64,000 bases of DNA from Nemertoderma westbladi (Eukaryota > Animalia > Xenacoelomorpha): positions 160,186 to 224,185 of the forward strand of contig JAUCBJ010007936.1 in the NCBI GenBank assembly GCA_032718475.1. The letters are read 5' to 3'. Position numbers and translations under genes: made by a program. Below the pieces are notes generated by a model, which made no database searches, was not told the DNA's origin, and saw nothing but the letters and a program-made list of their open reading frames with translations. Position 1 is the stretch's first letter. Each line of letters begins with the position of its first letter. Below, in pieces: positions 38,630 through 50,664 of this stretch.

Positions 38630-40336
38630 TACATGCGGATTCCACACAAAATCGACATGTGTATCACATGCGGATTCCACACAAAATCCATATGTGTATC
38701 ACATGCGGATTCCACACTAAATCCACATGTGTATCACATGCGGATTCCACACTAAATCCACATGTGTGTATCACATGCGGATTCCACACTAAATCCACAT
38801 GTGCATCACAGGCGGATTCCACACAAAATCGACATGTGTATCACAAGCGGATTCCACACAAAATCCATATGTGTATCACATGCGGATTCCACACTAAATC
38901 CACATGTGTATCACAGGCGGATTCCACACTAAATCCACATGTGTGTATCACATGCGGTTTCCACACTAAATCCACATGTGCATCACAGGCGGATTCCACA
39001 CAAAATCCACATGTGTATCACATGCGGATTCCACACTAAATCCACATGTGTATCACAGGCGGATTCCACACTAAATCCACATGTGTGTATCACATACGGA
39101 TTCCACACTAAATCCACATGTGCATCACAGGCGGATTCCACACAAAATCCACATGTGTATCACATGCGGATTCCACACAAAATCCACATATGTATCACAG
39201 GCGGATTCCACACTAAATCCATATGTGTATCACATGCGGATTCCACACTAAATCCACATGTGTATCACAGGCGGATTCCACACTAAATCCACATGTGTGT
39301 ATCACATGCGGATTCCACACTAAATCCACATGTGCATCACAGGCGGATTCCACACAAAATCGACATGTGTATCACAAGCGGATTCCACACAAAATCCATA
39401 TGTGTATCACATGCGGATTCCACACTAAATCCACATGTGTATCACAGGCGGATTCCACACTAAATCCACATGTGTGTATCACATGCGGTTTCCACACTAA
39501 ATCCACATGTGCATCACAGGCGGATTCCACACAAAATCCACATGTGTATCACATGCGGATTCCACACTAAATCCACATGTGTATCACAGGCGGATTCCAC
39601 ACTAAATCCACATGTGTGTATCACATACGGATTCCACACTAAATCCACATGTGCATCACAGGCGGATTCCACACAAAATCCACATGTGTATCACATGCGG
39701 ATTCCACACAAAATCCATATGTGTATCACATGCGGATTCCACACTAAATCCACATGTGTATCACAGGCGGATTCCACACTAAATCCACATGTGTGTATCA
39801 CATGCGGATTCCACACTAAATCCACATGTGCATCACAGGCGGATTCCACACAAAATCGACATGTGTATCACAAGCGGATTCCACACAAAATCCATATGTG
39901 TATCACATGCGGATTCCACACTAAATCCACATGTGTATCACAGGCGGATTCCACACTAAATCCACATGTGTGTATCACATGCGGTTTCCACACTAAATCC
40001 ACATGTGCATCACAGGCGGATTCCACACAAAATCCATATGTGTATCACAGGCGGATTCCACACTAAATCCACATGTGTATCACATGCGGATTCCACACTA
40101 AATCCACATGTGTGTATCACATGCGGATTCCACACTAAATCCACATGTGCATCACAGGCGGATTCCACACTAAATCCACATGTGTGTATCACATGCGGAT
40201 TCCACACTAAATCCACATGTGTATCACATGCGGATTCCACACTAAATCCACATGTGTATCACATGCGGATTCCACACTGAATCCACATGTGTATCACATG
40301 CGGATTCCACACTAAATCCACATGTGTATCACATGT
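38630..40336. repeat. 35/37-bp satellite array, about 48 monomers, with higher-order repeat
   Basis: Monomer ATCCACATGTGTATCACATGCGGATTCCACACTAA; diagnostic variants recur at 531- and 496-bp spacing. Confidence 0.97.
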
Positions 40337-40433
40337 AACTTCATGAGTTTGCAAATGTGCACCAATGATGGTAGATAAGTTTTTCGAGAAGTTTTGCATT
40401 TTCCGTTACACTTTTAATAGTATGATGAAAGAT

Positions 40434-40979
40434 CAGAGGCGAGGCGAGGCGAGGCGAGGCGAGGCGAGGCGAGGCGAGGCGAGGCGAGGCGAGGCGAGGC
40501 GAGGCGAGGCGAGGCGAGGCGAGGCGAGGCGAGGCGAGGCGAGGCGAGGCGAGGCGAGGCGAGGCGAGGCGAGGCGAGGCGAGGCGAGGCGAGGCGAGGC
40601 GAGGCGAGGCGAGGCGAGGCGAGGCGAGGCGAGGCGAGGCGAGGCGAGGCGAGGAGGGGGGATATCTCTCCCCCCCCCCCCCCCCCCCTCCATGTGTCAT
40701 AAGCGAAAAATGTTAAAATTTTCTCTGCTCGCTTCGCTCGCCATTCAATATACATTATTATAATTCCACTATATCAAACTTGTGTATAATAGATTTGATA
40801 TACTGTGGGTATGTACTTTTAGTAAACTGTTTTTTAGATGTTTTTTTTTTAATATTATATTCTGTTATATAATATTAAAAAGAACCGCCATAAATGAAAA
40901 GTTAAAATTATTGAAGGGGAGGGGAGGGGGTATCTCAGCTTCATTCCCCTGGGCGCCAGAAGGGATCGCTACGCCTCTG
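40434..40979. mobile_element. hAT-type MITE carrying a microsatellite
   Basis: Termini CAGAGGCG and CGCCTCTG; perfect 8-bp TSD TGAAAGAT. Confidence 0.85.
40436..40654. repeat. (GAGGC)43 microsatellite
   Basis: Perfect pentanucleotide run. Confidence 0.99.
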
Positions 40980-41239
40980 TGAAAGATAACAACACGATAA
41001 AGATACCGCGTATTTATAGTGATAATTTACTATTGTATTATTCTGAAATAGTTTTAGCTTAATTAATATAGGCCTACTGATTCGCCACCTGACACAAACA
41101 CAGTCTATTAAAAACACAAAGTAAAAGTTTAAATGCAAATTATTGTTTAGTCATAATAAAAAAAAATCTCAAAAGCAAGGGGAAACTCAAACATGAATCT
41201 GAATGAATTATCCCATAGAACAAACTTTCGCTTAAAACA

Positions 41240-42053
41240 TGGTCCTCTCAGAATCACTAGAGGGAGCCCAACGGCTCCTCAGCTCATTAGAACATGCTGC
41301 TTCTAGTGTTGGTCTTTTTATTAACTCCAGAAAGACCAAAATTTTGACAGTTAACTTTGAAAGTCCTCACTCAGCAAGTCTCTGATCGGATGAGCATAAG
41401 CTCAAAGGATGGTATGCTTGAGCATGTGGACGACTTCTGTTACCTGGGATCATGGATCCGGAAGTCAGGTGAGGACCTTCGAATACGTAAGGGAAAGGCA
41501 TGGGCAGCCTTAAATAGGCTTTCCAGGATTTGGAAGTCACCGAGAATTAATCGGAAACGTAAGGTCCGATTATTTAGAGCAACAGTAGTTCCAGTATTCC
41601 TCTATGGGAGTCCATGCTGGGCTCTAACTGCTGAGGACACCAAATCTCTGGATGGCACGTTCACAAGAATGCTACGCCGGGTTCACTGTGTCAAGTACAG
41701 TGCACACATCTCCAACCAGACACTATATAACATTGGAGGTGTCTCATTGGTTCCCCCAAGCTTGACACTAGAACAAAATCACCTCCGCTTTGCAGGACAT
41801 TGCTTTCGCCGTGAGGACCAGCCAGTGCATAATCTTGTACTTTGGCAGCCTCATGGAGTGAATAAGCATGGTGGACAGCCCATGACTTTCTTGAGACGCA
41901 TCTTAAAGGACACTGGTCGTGAAGATGCGGATGATCTAGCAAATGTCATGGGTGATAGGGAGTTGTGGCGGCGCAATTTTGTCGACAAGCCGGCACAGCA
42001 TTCATAAAAAATGCAGCTGCAATGCAGCATGCCGATACTACTACTACTTCTAC
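41240..42053 (+). mobile_element. RTE-clade LINE 3' fragment
   Basis: GLFINSRKTKIL, VDDFCYLGS, FLYGSPCWALT, LRFAGHCFR, DRELWR; short 3' UTR and CTA-repeat tail. Confidence 0.85.
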
Positions 42054-42091
42054 TTAAAAAATGGTGAACAATAGAACAGAATAAGTACATC

Positions 42092-42830
42092 AAAAAGTAC
42101 AAGTTTGCGATGTCCATTGCTGTTTTTATTGATTCCATCGGATTCAGGACCCCCATAAACCCGTATAACGCAAGAAACAAGATGATACTATCTTTTGATC
42201 AATTTGCTTAATTTCAATAATTTGGTGATGGCACAACAATTTTCACCCACCGGCGAAAAGTACAAGTTTGAAAACTCCTATGCAATTTTTACTTATTCCA
42301 TTGAATTCAGAACCCTCACAAACCCGTTTAACGCAAGAAACAAGGTGACACAATCAATTGATAAATTTGATGGTTTTCAAAATTTGGTGATAGCATCAAA
42401 TTTTACACCCACTTCCGAAAAATACAAGTTTGAGATGTCTAGTTAGATAATTATTTTTTCCATTGAAGTCAGAACTGCCATAAACCTCTAAAACGCGGGA
42501 ATTAAGTTGTCAAAAGCAATTGAACTATTGAATAGATTTTCAAAATATCGTGCTGGCACCAAATTATGCACACAGCACCGAAAAATACAAGTTTGATACG
42601 CCTGGTGCAACTCATATATATTCGGTCGAAACTAGAACCCCAAATAACCCCTATTGCGCAAAAAATAGGTTCAAACAAACAATTTACAAAATTGACATAT
42701 TTCAAAATTTGGTGCTGGCACCAATATTTGGCACACGCCGAATAAAACTAATTTGAAATTTCTACATTAATTTATATGAATTCTGGCTAATTGCAAACAC
42801 CAAAAAAACGGTGTAAATCAAAAATAGAGA
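42092..42830. repeat. Degenerate ~163-bp tandem repeat, about 4.5 copies
   Basis: AAAA(G/A)TACAAGTTTG recurs near 42092, 42256, 42418 and 42581, with shared AATTTGGTG.TGGCA motifs. Confidence 0.8.
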
Positions 42831-45764
42831 TGTTACAAATCACATTTCATGAAATATTTTAAGAATTCAAAAAGTGACAACTTATATGATCAATCACTAC
42901 AAATTAATTTTTTTATTATTATTAGCTTTCGATAGCTCTCTCCATCTTTTTCAAATAATCGATATTCTAGAATTAGTGCACTACAAAATGAATACATATA
43001 TATGTATATATATATACATATATACGTACATTATACATATACACACATCCCTTTATGCCTAATGCCTATAGCAGTAATGAAATACAACAGTTTTGCAAAA
43101 CTGGAAGCCTAGTAAGTACAATAATACAATAGGTAAGGTAAGTACAATAATACAATAGGTAAGGTACAGATATATCATATTCATATTATAGAAGGTCATC
43201 TGCTGCGGTTACTATTACAAACCGCATTTTTATAAATTTCCCTTTTCTATAATTATTTAATTAATTGAATGGTAAACTACGCAGAAGTGTATCCGCTTTT
43301 TATTGCTATAAACCAGGTATGAATGAAATGATTTTTAATGACGTGTAATTTGAATGGATTGAATGGACCTAATGGAACTCCAAACTGTAGGATGCGAGAT
43401 AAAATTTAAAGGCAGCTCCAACTTGTGAGGTAAGATCTGCAAAAGCCAATCACATCTGATTTTCAAAATTGGTTTTGTGCTTTACGTGTCTTTGTGTATT
43501 ATTATTTTCTATCCCAACAATTTTTTCGTGCATCAACCCTATTCCCCAGCTAATAATAAGTCGGTACTTGTGTTAGCAATGTGGGGTGTTACTAAGACAG
43601 CGAGTGCGCAGTGCTTGTAAGTAAGCGAATCAAACCGTTACAACCTGTTGTACTGTATAATAGAAAGTATTTTAAATCTTATGTGATACTCGGCTTAACT
43701 TACCTATAAAAGCGTTATTTTATCTTACTAAATTTTTAAATTTCATCTCAATCAATAAATTAAATACATCATCAAAAACATTTAAAAAAAATAGGGAATA
43801 GCGAATGGTAAATTAGATAATTGGGGTTAATTTATACACTGTATGTTTGTTATGACTAGTGAGCAGGATGTCATGTCTTATCCAATGAAAGGATAAATGT
43901 TTTAAGATTGACAGACAACTTGGGGTGTGGCAATTATATTGTAACGCAATAAAAATCTGATTTATTGAATAATGAAAATCTATATAATTAACTTCTTCCT
44001 CTACCACATATAATTTTTTTCTTGTCATTATATGATCAGCCTGCACTACAGTGGAATGACGGCAGACCCAGAGCCAAATGAGATATTCTCAAGGTTAGTG
44101 TCCTTGAGAATATCAATGACAAAGACGCCTGGGGGTCTAATGGACTAATGTCACCCACCAGCAGCTACAGTACTATAATAGATTTAGTTGTTTCCTCAGC
44201 CATCACTGATGGGAATAATGAAGCTAAATTTTGTAATGGTAATTACGATTTCTTAATTCAAGGACGGTAAATAAATCATTAAAAATAATTCCTTATAAAT
44301 CATTATTTTATTGTTATTATTCAGTAAACGACAATTGAATTTAGAATGCATAACAATAGGTATATTGTTATGTTAATAGATAATAGGTTTTTAACAATAA
44401 GTAACAAAAAGACTAGTTTCAGAAAGTTTCCACAAGTAGTCTAGAAGGCATGTCTAGGACACAACGAGCGATTATTTGTAAAAACAAATTGCTTATTAAA
44501 GGCCAATTCTATTTAGCATCATCGCAACAGCAGCAGATAGCGGCACATAGTTGCCGATCTGAATATGGTATGGCTGACGCAGCAGTGCCACTGAGAACCG
44601 CTACGTGCCGCTGAGACTATTTTCGAATTAGCTGCAAATGTACTACATAAATTTGTGGCAGCAAATGGCAATAACGCTAGAATTAGCGGCCGTAATAGCT
44701 GCACGTACAAGCGTGCACCTAGGTGCTGATGCTGCCTAAATCGAAATAGGCGATTAAAGAATATAACAAAAAGTGTATTGTAACCGTCGCCTGGTGATGT
44801 ATTACTGCTTATTTACTTAATTGGACATTCAATTCATAATTGGACTTCACCATGTGTTTGTGCGATCATTACTATATGAATACGTTTAGTATACAGATAA
44901 GCTTAGCGGTGGGCGGCGTATTAATTTATTGTGACGGGGGTACTGGTTCATTAATATAAACGTTTAGTTACAATGATCGGTTTATAAGAGTTTATTCGCT
45001 GACATCCATGATTATTGAACTTCAATGTTATAAAAATACTTTATTATTTTATTTTTCTGATAAGATGTGGTGGTCACTACGAAAGATCCATTAAACTGGA
45101 TAATACTACGATTAACCCTTTCTGGGCCAAATGTAAATTTTAACATTTGATCAGCTTACATAATATTTTTAATTAAACAAATATTTATTTAAGATGTAGT
45201 ACTACTATTATTTTAAAACTCGTTTATTGTTTTGGTTCCTTCCACCTGTCCATGCAATTAATTCGAATTCCAATGGGTATATTTATTTATTATATTTCAT
45301 TTGCCGGTCCCGTTTGGCCCAGGTAGGGAGTTTGCAGTACTATCCCATTACACCATGTCCTAGAATAATAGTCTCATAGTCCAGTGATAACACCCCTACG
45401 CCCACACCCACCCCCCCCCCCCCCCCCCCCCTCAACCTCTCCCAATTGTATGCATTTTGGAACAGTGATGTTTAGTTTCACTTCCCTCTTCCGAAGTGGG
45501 TGTGTCGAAATTTATAATTTCACCTTCAATAATTAGTTATAAGCGTTTTAAAATCGTGTCTCCATGGATATGTAACCACAGATACCACAGATCCATGGAT
45601 ATGTCACACTGGAGTTACATTGGAGAAAGCTGCCGGTGTAAGGATTCCTGCATTTTGCATTGCAAGGATCACTTTTTGGATGATTTTTTTATTTTCCCTT
45701 CTTATACACATTTTTGCTGAGATTTCGAATCTGATAACGGTTTGTTCACTAGTTACTTTTAATT

Positions 45765-45859
45765 CAATTTTGTCGACAAGCCGGCACAACAAGCCGGCAC
45801 AGCATTCATAAAAATGCAGCTGCAATGCAGCATATCGATCCTAGTAGTTAGTAGTAGTT
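45765..45859 (+). mobile_element. Very short 3' end of the same RTE family
   Basis: Matches 41975-42035 (CAATTTTGTCGACAAGCCGGCAC...ATGCAGCTGCAATGCAGCAT) with a small internal duplication and a TAG-repeat tail. Confidence 0.85.
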
Positions 45860-47162
45860 CAGCAGCACCAGCAATAATGGTCTCTTCTTTGCCAACTGCT
45901 TCCAGCCACACTGCCATCCAAGTCATATAATCACGGCTATGAATAGAAGGTTGTCTAGACTTTTATAAAAGAATAGCTCAAAGACTCAGATACTGAAGGG
46001 GTTAATGTAGGCCTAGGTGTATGTACCAATGCACAAAATCAAAGTCTGCAAACAGCCGAAATGAACAACCAGAATATAGAAGCTGATGGATATGTTATTA
46101 AATATCTACCTACGTAAGCAGAAGGAAAAAGCTGGGAAATCCTATTTGGTTCCAAAGAATAAACAATCCCAGCCAAGGTAATGCAAGCCACATTACACTA
46201 TTTTTGTAATCATTGGGGAAATAAATTGTATAGCTTGAAGGACAACAATTTAATTTAGAACGATCAAAAAAGGAGGATCTTATTAAAATTAAATTTTAAT
46301 TATTTAGTTGAGTCTTTAAAAGTCTCCTTCTTGTTTCTTCATTACGCATTGTTAATATTCTAGAATTTTTAATAAATAAGACATTAAAACGGGTTTCTGT
46401 TTGAAATCAGCAGATGAAGGCGGTTCTCATAATATCTAGATTACATGCAAAAGAGAAAAATAAAGCCAACTGAGATGGTTAAATTTATAAATTCGGCCCT
46501 GCCAGCAGTAAGAAAAATTGTCGAACTATCATCATACCAAATTTCATTACATTTGATTGAAATTTGGAAAAAATCGACCCCCTAAAAAAAGGTTGATGTA
46601 TTAAAAGGGAGATGGTGTGTTCTATTAACCTATATCTACATATAATTTAACTAGCAATTTTACTATCCGTTTGAAATACACTATTTATTCTAGCTGTAGC
46701 TGAGTAACAATGCAATGCCAACTAAAACTCGTAGTTTGGACATTCATACACAAACAAAATGTTCTAATACATGGTACATTATTAAATAGAATAAATGGCC
46801 TGCAGCGGAAACAAATACATGCAACTTTCGTATCCCCATATCTCAGATATTTCCGAAACAAATTCAAATATTTTTCCATTTTTGGAATCCTTGTACACAT
46901 TCAGCCTTTTTGAGACAATTTTTCAAACCCTTATAGCTAAAAAAAAGCAAATAAAAATTATCTGACTCCCTCACTAAGGAAGAGGAAGGTGAAACTATCT
47001 ACATCTATGTTTCAAATATCATGCAATCTCATTAAGATTTGTAGAACAATTTTGGGGATGCTGCTATTTCGTGTTTGACACTATATTCTGGGGCATGGTG
47101 AATAGGTATACTGGTTTCAAGCTGAAATTCGACTTTCAAAACACTTCTATAGCAAATTTTCG

Positions 47163-48353
47163 ATGGGAATACTTATTTATTCAGCAATCATTATTTCAAC
47201 ATTAAACCTTCCGATGCTGTTCTCTGCAAACACAACCAGTTTGAAATCGATACTAAATGACCCAACCCGTTATGATAAAATGAAAATTCCAAGTTTGGGA
47301 AGTGCGCCGCTCCGTGTCGGTATCAATGTAGGCATTTCTCGCATATCTGAAATTAACATCGTGAATATGAGTTTTTGGATATCATTCTACCTGCGAATAT
47401 TCTGGAACGATCATCGGTTGAATATTGAAGATATCCCAAACAGTCAGACAGACCCATTCAACCCACATATTGTAGAATCTCTCTGGGTTCCTAATCTTTA
47501 CTTAGCGAATGCCTTGCAACATCAATCTATAATCAACCCAGAAATTAGGGACAATATTCTAGTATTGATTTCATCTAATGGCGATGTCGCATTATCTGTC
47601 AATGTCGATACAACGGTAGCGTGCGACTTCGATCTAACTTACTATCCATTTGACACTCAATATTGTGAGTTAATACTTGGCAGCTATTCCTATAACGCAA
47701 GTTATGTTATAATCGAATTTAGCAAAGGATCTGGTAACATCGGCGCAGAAGTTGTTCCTATCATGGAAAGGAAGGTAAATAAACCATTAAGTGCCTATAA
47801 ATTGGTTGAAACATCGCATTTGAATACACACAGTGGGGTTGTTTTATACAGTCTATTTGGAAACTTCTCTCAACTTACTGTTGGATTTAAACTTGAACGA
47901 TTATTTGAAAGTGAAATAGTAACAGTGTTTCTACCTTTGAATGCGACCGTAGTTTTGGCATACATGACATTTTGGGTAGATCGGAAGTCCATAGCAGGTC
48001 GGTGTGCTTTCGGTGTTAACATCACTCTGACACTGATGGTGGTGATAGTGAACGCCTATCACAGTGTACCAAGAGTACCCTATATTCGTTCCATTGATGT
48101 TGTTTTTACCATCACTGTTGGATTTATGTTGCTGGCATTGGTAGAATTTGTGGTGGTAATAAACTTAGAGAAAAGACATACTTATTATCACACTTATATG
48201 TCAAGCTCACGTCGGAGGATGAATCATCAATCTCACAAATATCAGCCCAAATCACATAATAATCTCGCAGTAGTTGTGGAAAAGGTGGCGCGTGTTCTTT
48301 ATCCAATAGCTTATATTGTCAGCATGATTGTTTATTTTGTTGTTTACAAATAA
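47163..48353 (+). CDS. Cys-loop ligand-gated ion channel subunit (GABA-A/GlyR-like branch), single coding exon, 396 aa
   Basis: Hydrophobic signal peptide, YDKMKIP, YLRIFWNDHRL, LWVPNLY, Cys-loop CDFDLTYYPFDTQYC, GSYSY, four TM segments, PRVPYIRSID M2-M3 loop, RVLYP in M4. AATAAA overlaps the stop. Confidence 0.93.
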   Translation: MGILIYSAIIISTLNLPMLFSANTTSLKSILNDPTRYDKMKIPSLGSAPLRVGINVGISRISEINIVNMSFWISFYLRIFWNDHRLNIEDIPNSQTDPFNPHIVESLWVPNLYLANALQHQSIINPEIRDNILVLISSNGDVALSVNVDTTVACDFDLTYYPFDTQYCELILGSYSYNASYVIIEFSKGSGNIGAEVVPIMERKVNKPLSAYKLVETSHLNTHSGVVLYSLFGNFSQLTVGFKLERLFESEIVTVFLPLNATVVLAYMTFWVDRKSIAGRCAFGVNITLTLMVVIVNAYHSVPRVPYIRSIDVVFTITVGFMLLALVEFVVVINLEKRHTYYHTYMSSSRRRMNHQSHKYQPKSHNNLAVVVEKVARVLYPIAYIVSMIVYFVVYK

Positions 48354-48674
48354 AGATTAATATTATTTCATTATTATTTATTGAGAATTTTATATCAAAA
48401 GTTAGGTGTTCTAAAAAATATCCCTTTATTTTATATTAAACCGTGCTAAGCGCGATGGACTGGAGCTCTGACAATTTGCCACCTAGCAGCAGACAGAGGA
48501 ACTGTAAAAGTCTATCTGTGTGTAAAATTTAAAATTAAGCAATTCTCGTAAGTTACTACTACCAAATTTCAGATGAATCTGATTGTTTGTTCTATAATTA
48601 CAACTATTTACTATCTATAATTACAACTATTATGTTTCTGTCAATTCGCCCCCTAGCGGCAGACAGATGTGTCC

Positions 48675-48850
48675 TCAGTATCGTAGCCTGAACTGCTTAC
48701 ACAATAGTGTTTGGTGGCACAGGTTCGAATCCGACTAAAGGCTGTAGAAAGTTCGCAATGTTGTGTCCTTAGGCAAGACACTTTAGACATTAGTGCCTAC
48801 GCAAACCCAGTAGTGGTGTAATGGATGATAATTAAAGCGCTTTGAGTATG
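48675..48850 (+). mobile_element. tRNA-derived SINE (decayed)
   Basis: B box GGTTCGAATCC at 48722; CORE-like TGTGTCCTTAGGCAAGACACTTTA at about 48762; L2-like 3' motif AAAGCGCTTTGAG at about 48834. Confidence 0.7.
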
Positions 48851-49574
48851 CTGATATTAATATTTAATTATTTCCTCTATTAATTAACTATTATTAATGA
48901 ATCGGAGACTTCATTTTCCAAACATTTGGAAGCATAGTTATATAGAGCACGACAATATAAGTAATTAATTATAATAGTAATAATAAACATTAAATTATAT
49001 CCAGTTCTCTTTGCCTCCGTGGTGGTCGCAGATCTTGGCGTGGACTTGGGTTTGGCGATGGGGTCGGTCTTCGTGGACGAGACATAACGACACAATACTA
49101 GCCCATGGTCGAGCTGTTGAGATCCACATAAACTAATGAATAATATATAATACTGAAATACTCTATCGATCAACTCTTTCTATATATTTAATTTGGTTGT
49201 GTTAATTTTGGTTATTATTAATCGCGATTATCATGTGCCCTATATATTTTATGCAGTCTTTGAAGTATAATATTTTGTGATACATTTTATATAATATTAA
49301 TAATAATAAATTATATAGCGCCTTACCTAAATGTCAGTTCAAAGGCGCAATAAATAAATATAAATAAATTATTAATTGATTGAATTCAAATATTAAATTG
49401 AATTAAAGTGAAGTTAGAGTCATTCCATCCAAAATATATTGGTACTGTCTCCCTTTAATATTATTAAAGGGAGACATAAAAACTTAGAACTTAAATTTAG
49501 AGAGTATAAAATCTCTAAATTTCACGTTTTTTTTATTTTTTTCATTTTGAAGTGTTGGCGTTTTAGAATAGAAG

Positions 49575-49817
49575 TGCTTTCGTCGTGATGACCAGCCAGT
49601 GCATAATCTTGTACTTTGGCGGCCTCATGGAGTGAATAAGTATGGTGGACAGTCCATGACTTTCTTGAGACGCATCTTAAAGGACACTGGCCTTGAAGAT
49701 GCGGATGATCTAGCAAATGTCATGGGTGATAGGGAGTTGTGGCGGCGCAATTTTGTCGACAAGCCGGTACAGCATTCTCAAAAATCCAGTTGCAATGCAG
49801 CATGCCGATCCTAGTAG
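49575..49817 (+). mobile_element. Third RTE 3' fragment
   Basis: High similarity to 41800-42036 (HNLVLW.PHGVNK.GGQ...DRELWRRNFVDKP). Confidence 0.9.
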
Positions 49818-50664
49818 GTGTTTAAAAATAATGAATATGATCTGCTCACAACCAACACCAACACATAATCACCAACATTTAAACCGTCTATATGCATATC
49901 CAATGTTATATTAATAAGTGTTGGCGTCAACACTTAGTGTTGACCAAATGAACCCCCAAATGAAAACACGTTGTTCATTTCAAATTTTACACGTCAACCA
50001 CCAACCGTGACAAAATAACACGTCAACACTGGTATATCCACTGCCTAACTTCGCTCAAAAGTTACTGTAAACTAGTTACTTAATAGAAATTAATTGACTA
50101 ATTGATAACTTTTGTTTTGAATTATTTTCCTCTCCAGTGTTTCCTCTCTGTATTCTAAATTATTATTTAGCGTTGTGTGATACATTGAAATATATTAATC
50201 CTGATGTGCCTAGCCAGAAGTATGTCTTTGTGTGTTTTTCCGTCATGTGCTCGTGAGAGGTAGTGACTTATGTTGTTGCGGTGTCCATTTAAACGTTCCT
50301 GAAGCTTCTGTCTCGTTGGCCTGTAGGCCGGTGGCAGTGACACCTACACCAGGCCAAGTACATTATGTAAAAACAATAACAAATAAGTCGATTTAGAGCT
50401 AACCTCCGAGCTGTTAGCATGCTAACAATGCAATGGCGCAATCACTAGCGCCTTCCTGCAGAACTCCACCGACACCTTTACCAGCCATCGATTGAAGTTT
50501 ATATATCGATTTATTTATGCATTATGAAAAAACATAACAAATACACCAAACAATGCATATTACTATTATCTGTATTAAATATTGCATTTATATACTATTA
50601 TTATTACTATCTGTTATTATTACTATCACTATATATTATTACTATTATATAATATTAAATACTG

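Noticed and set aside
38510-40280. Cys/His-rich ORFs (CITCGFHTKSTC...) resembling zinc-finger or multiheme proteins
   Set aside because: Translations of the 35-bp satellite; the period is not a multiple of 3 and the frames keep shifting.
40341-40763. RRGEA/SPRLA repeat ORFs
   Set aside because: Translation of (GAGGC)n.
44501-44750. Possible Harbinger-like MITE
   Set aside because: Inverted ends too degenerate and no clear TSD.
45116-45328. Possible piggyBac-like MITE (CCCTTTCTGGGCCAAA ends)
   Set aside because: Short imperfect inverted repeat with TTAA on one side only.
48675-48745. tRNA gene
   Set aside because: Has a B box but no convincing cloverleaf, and continues into SINE body and tail motifs.
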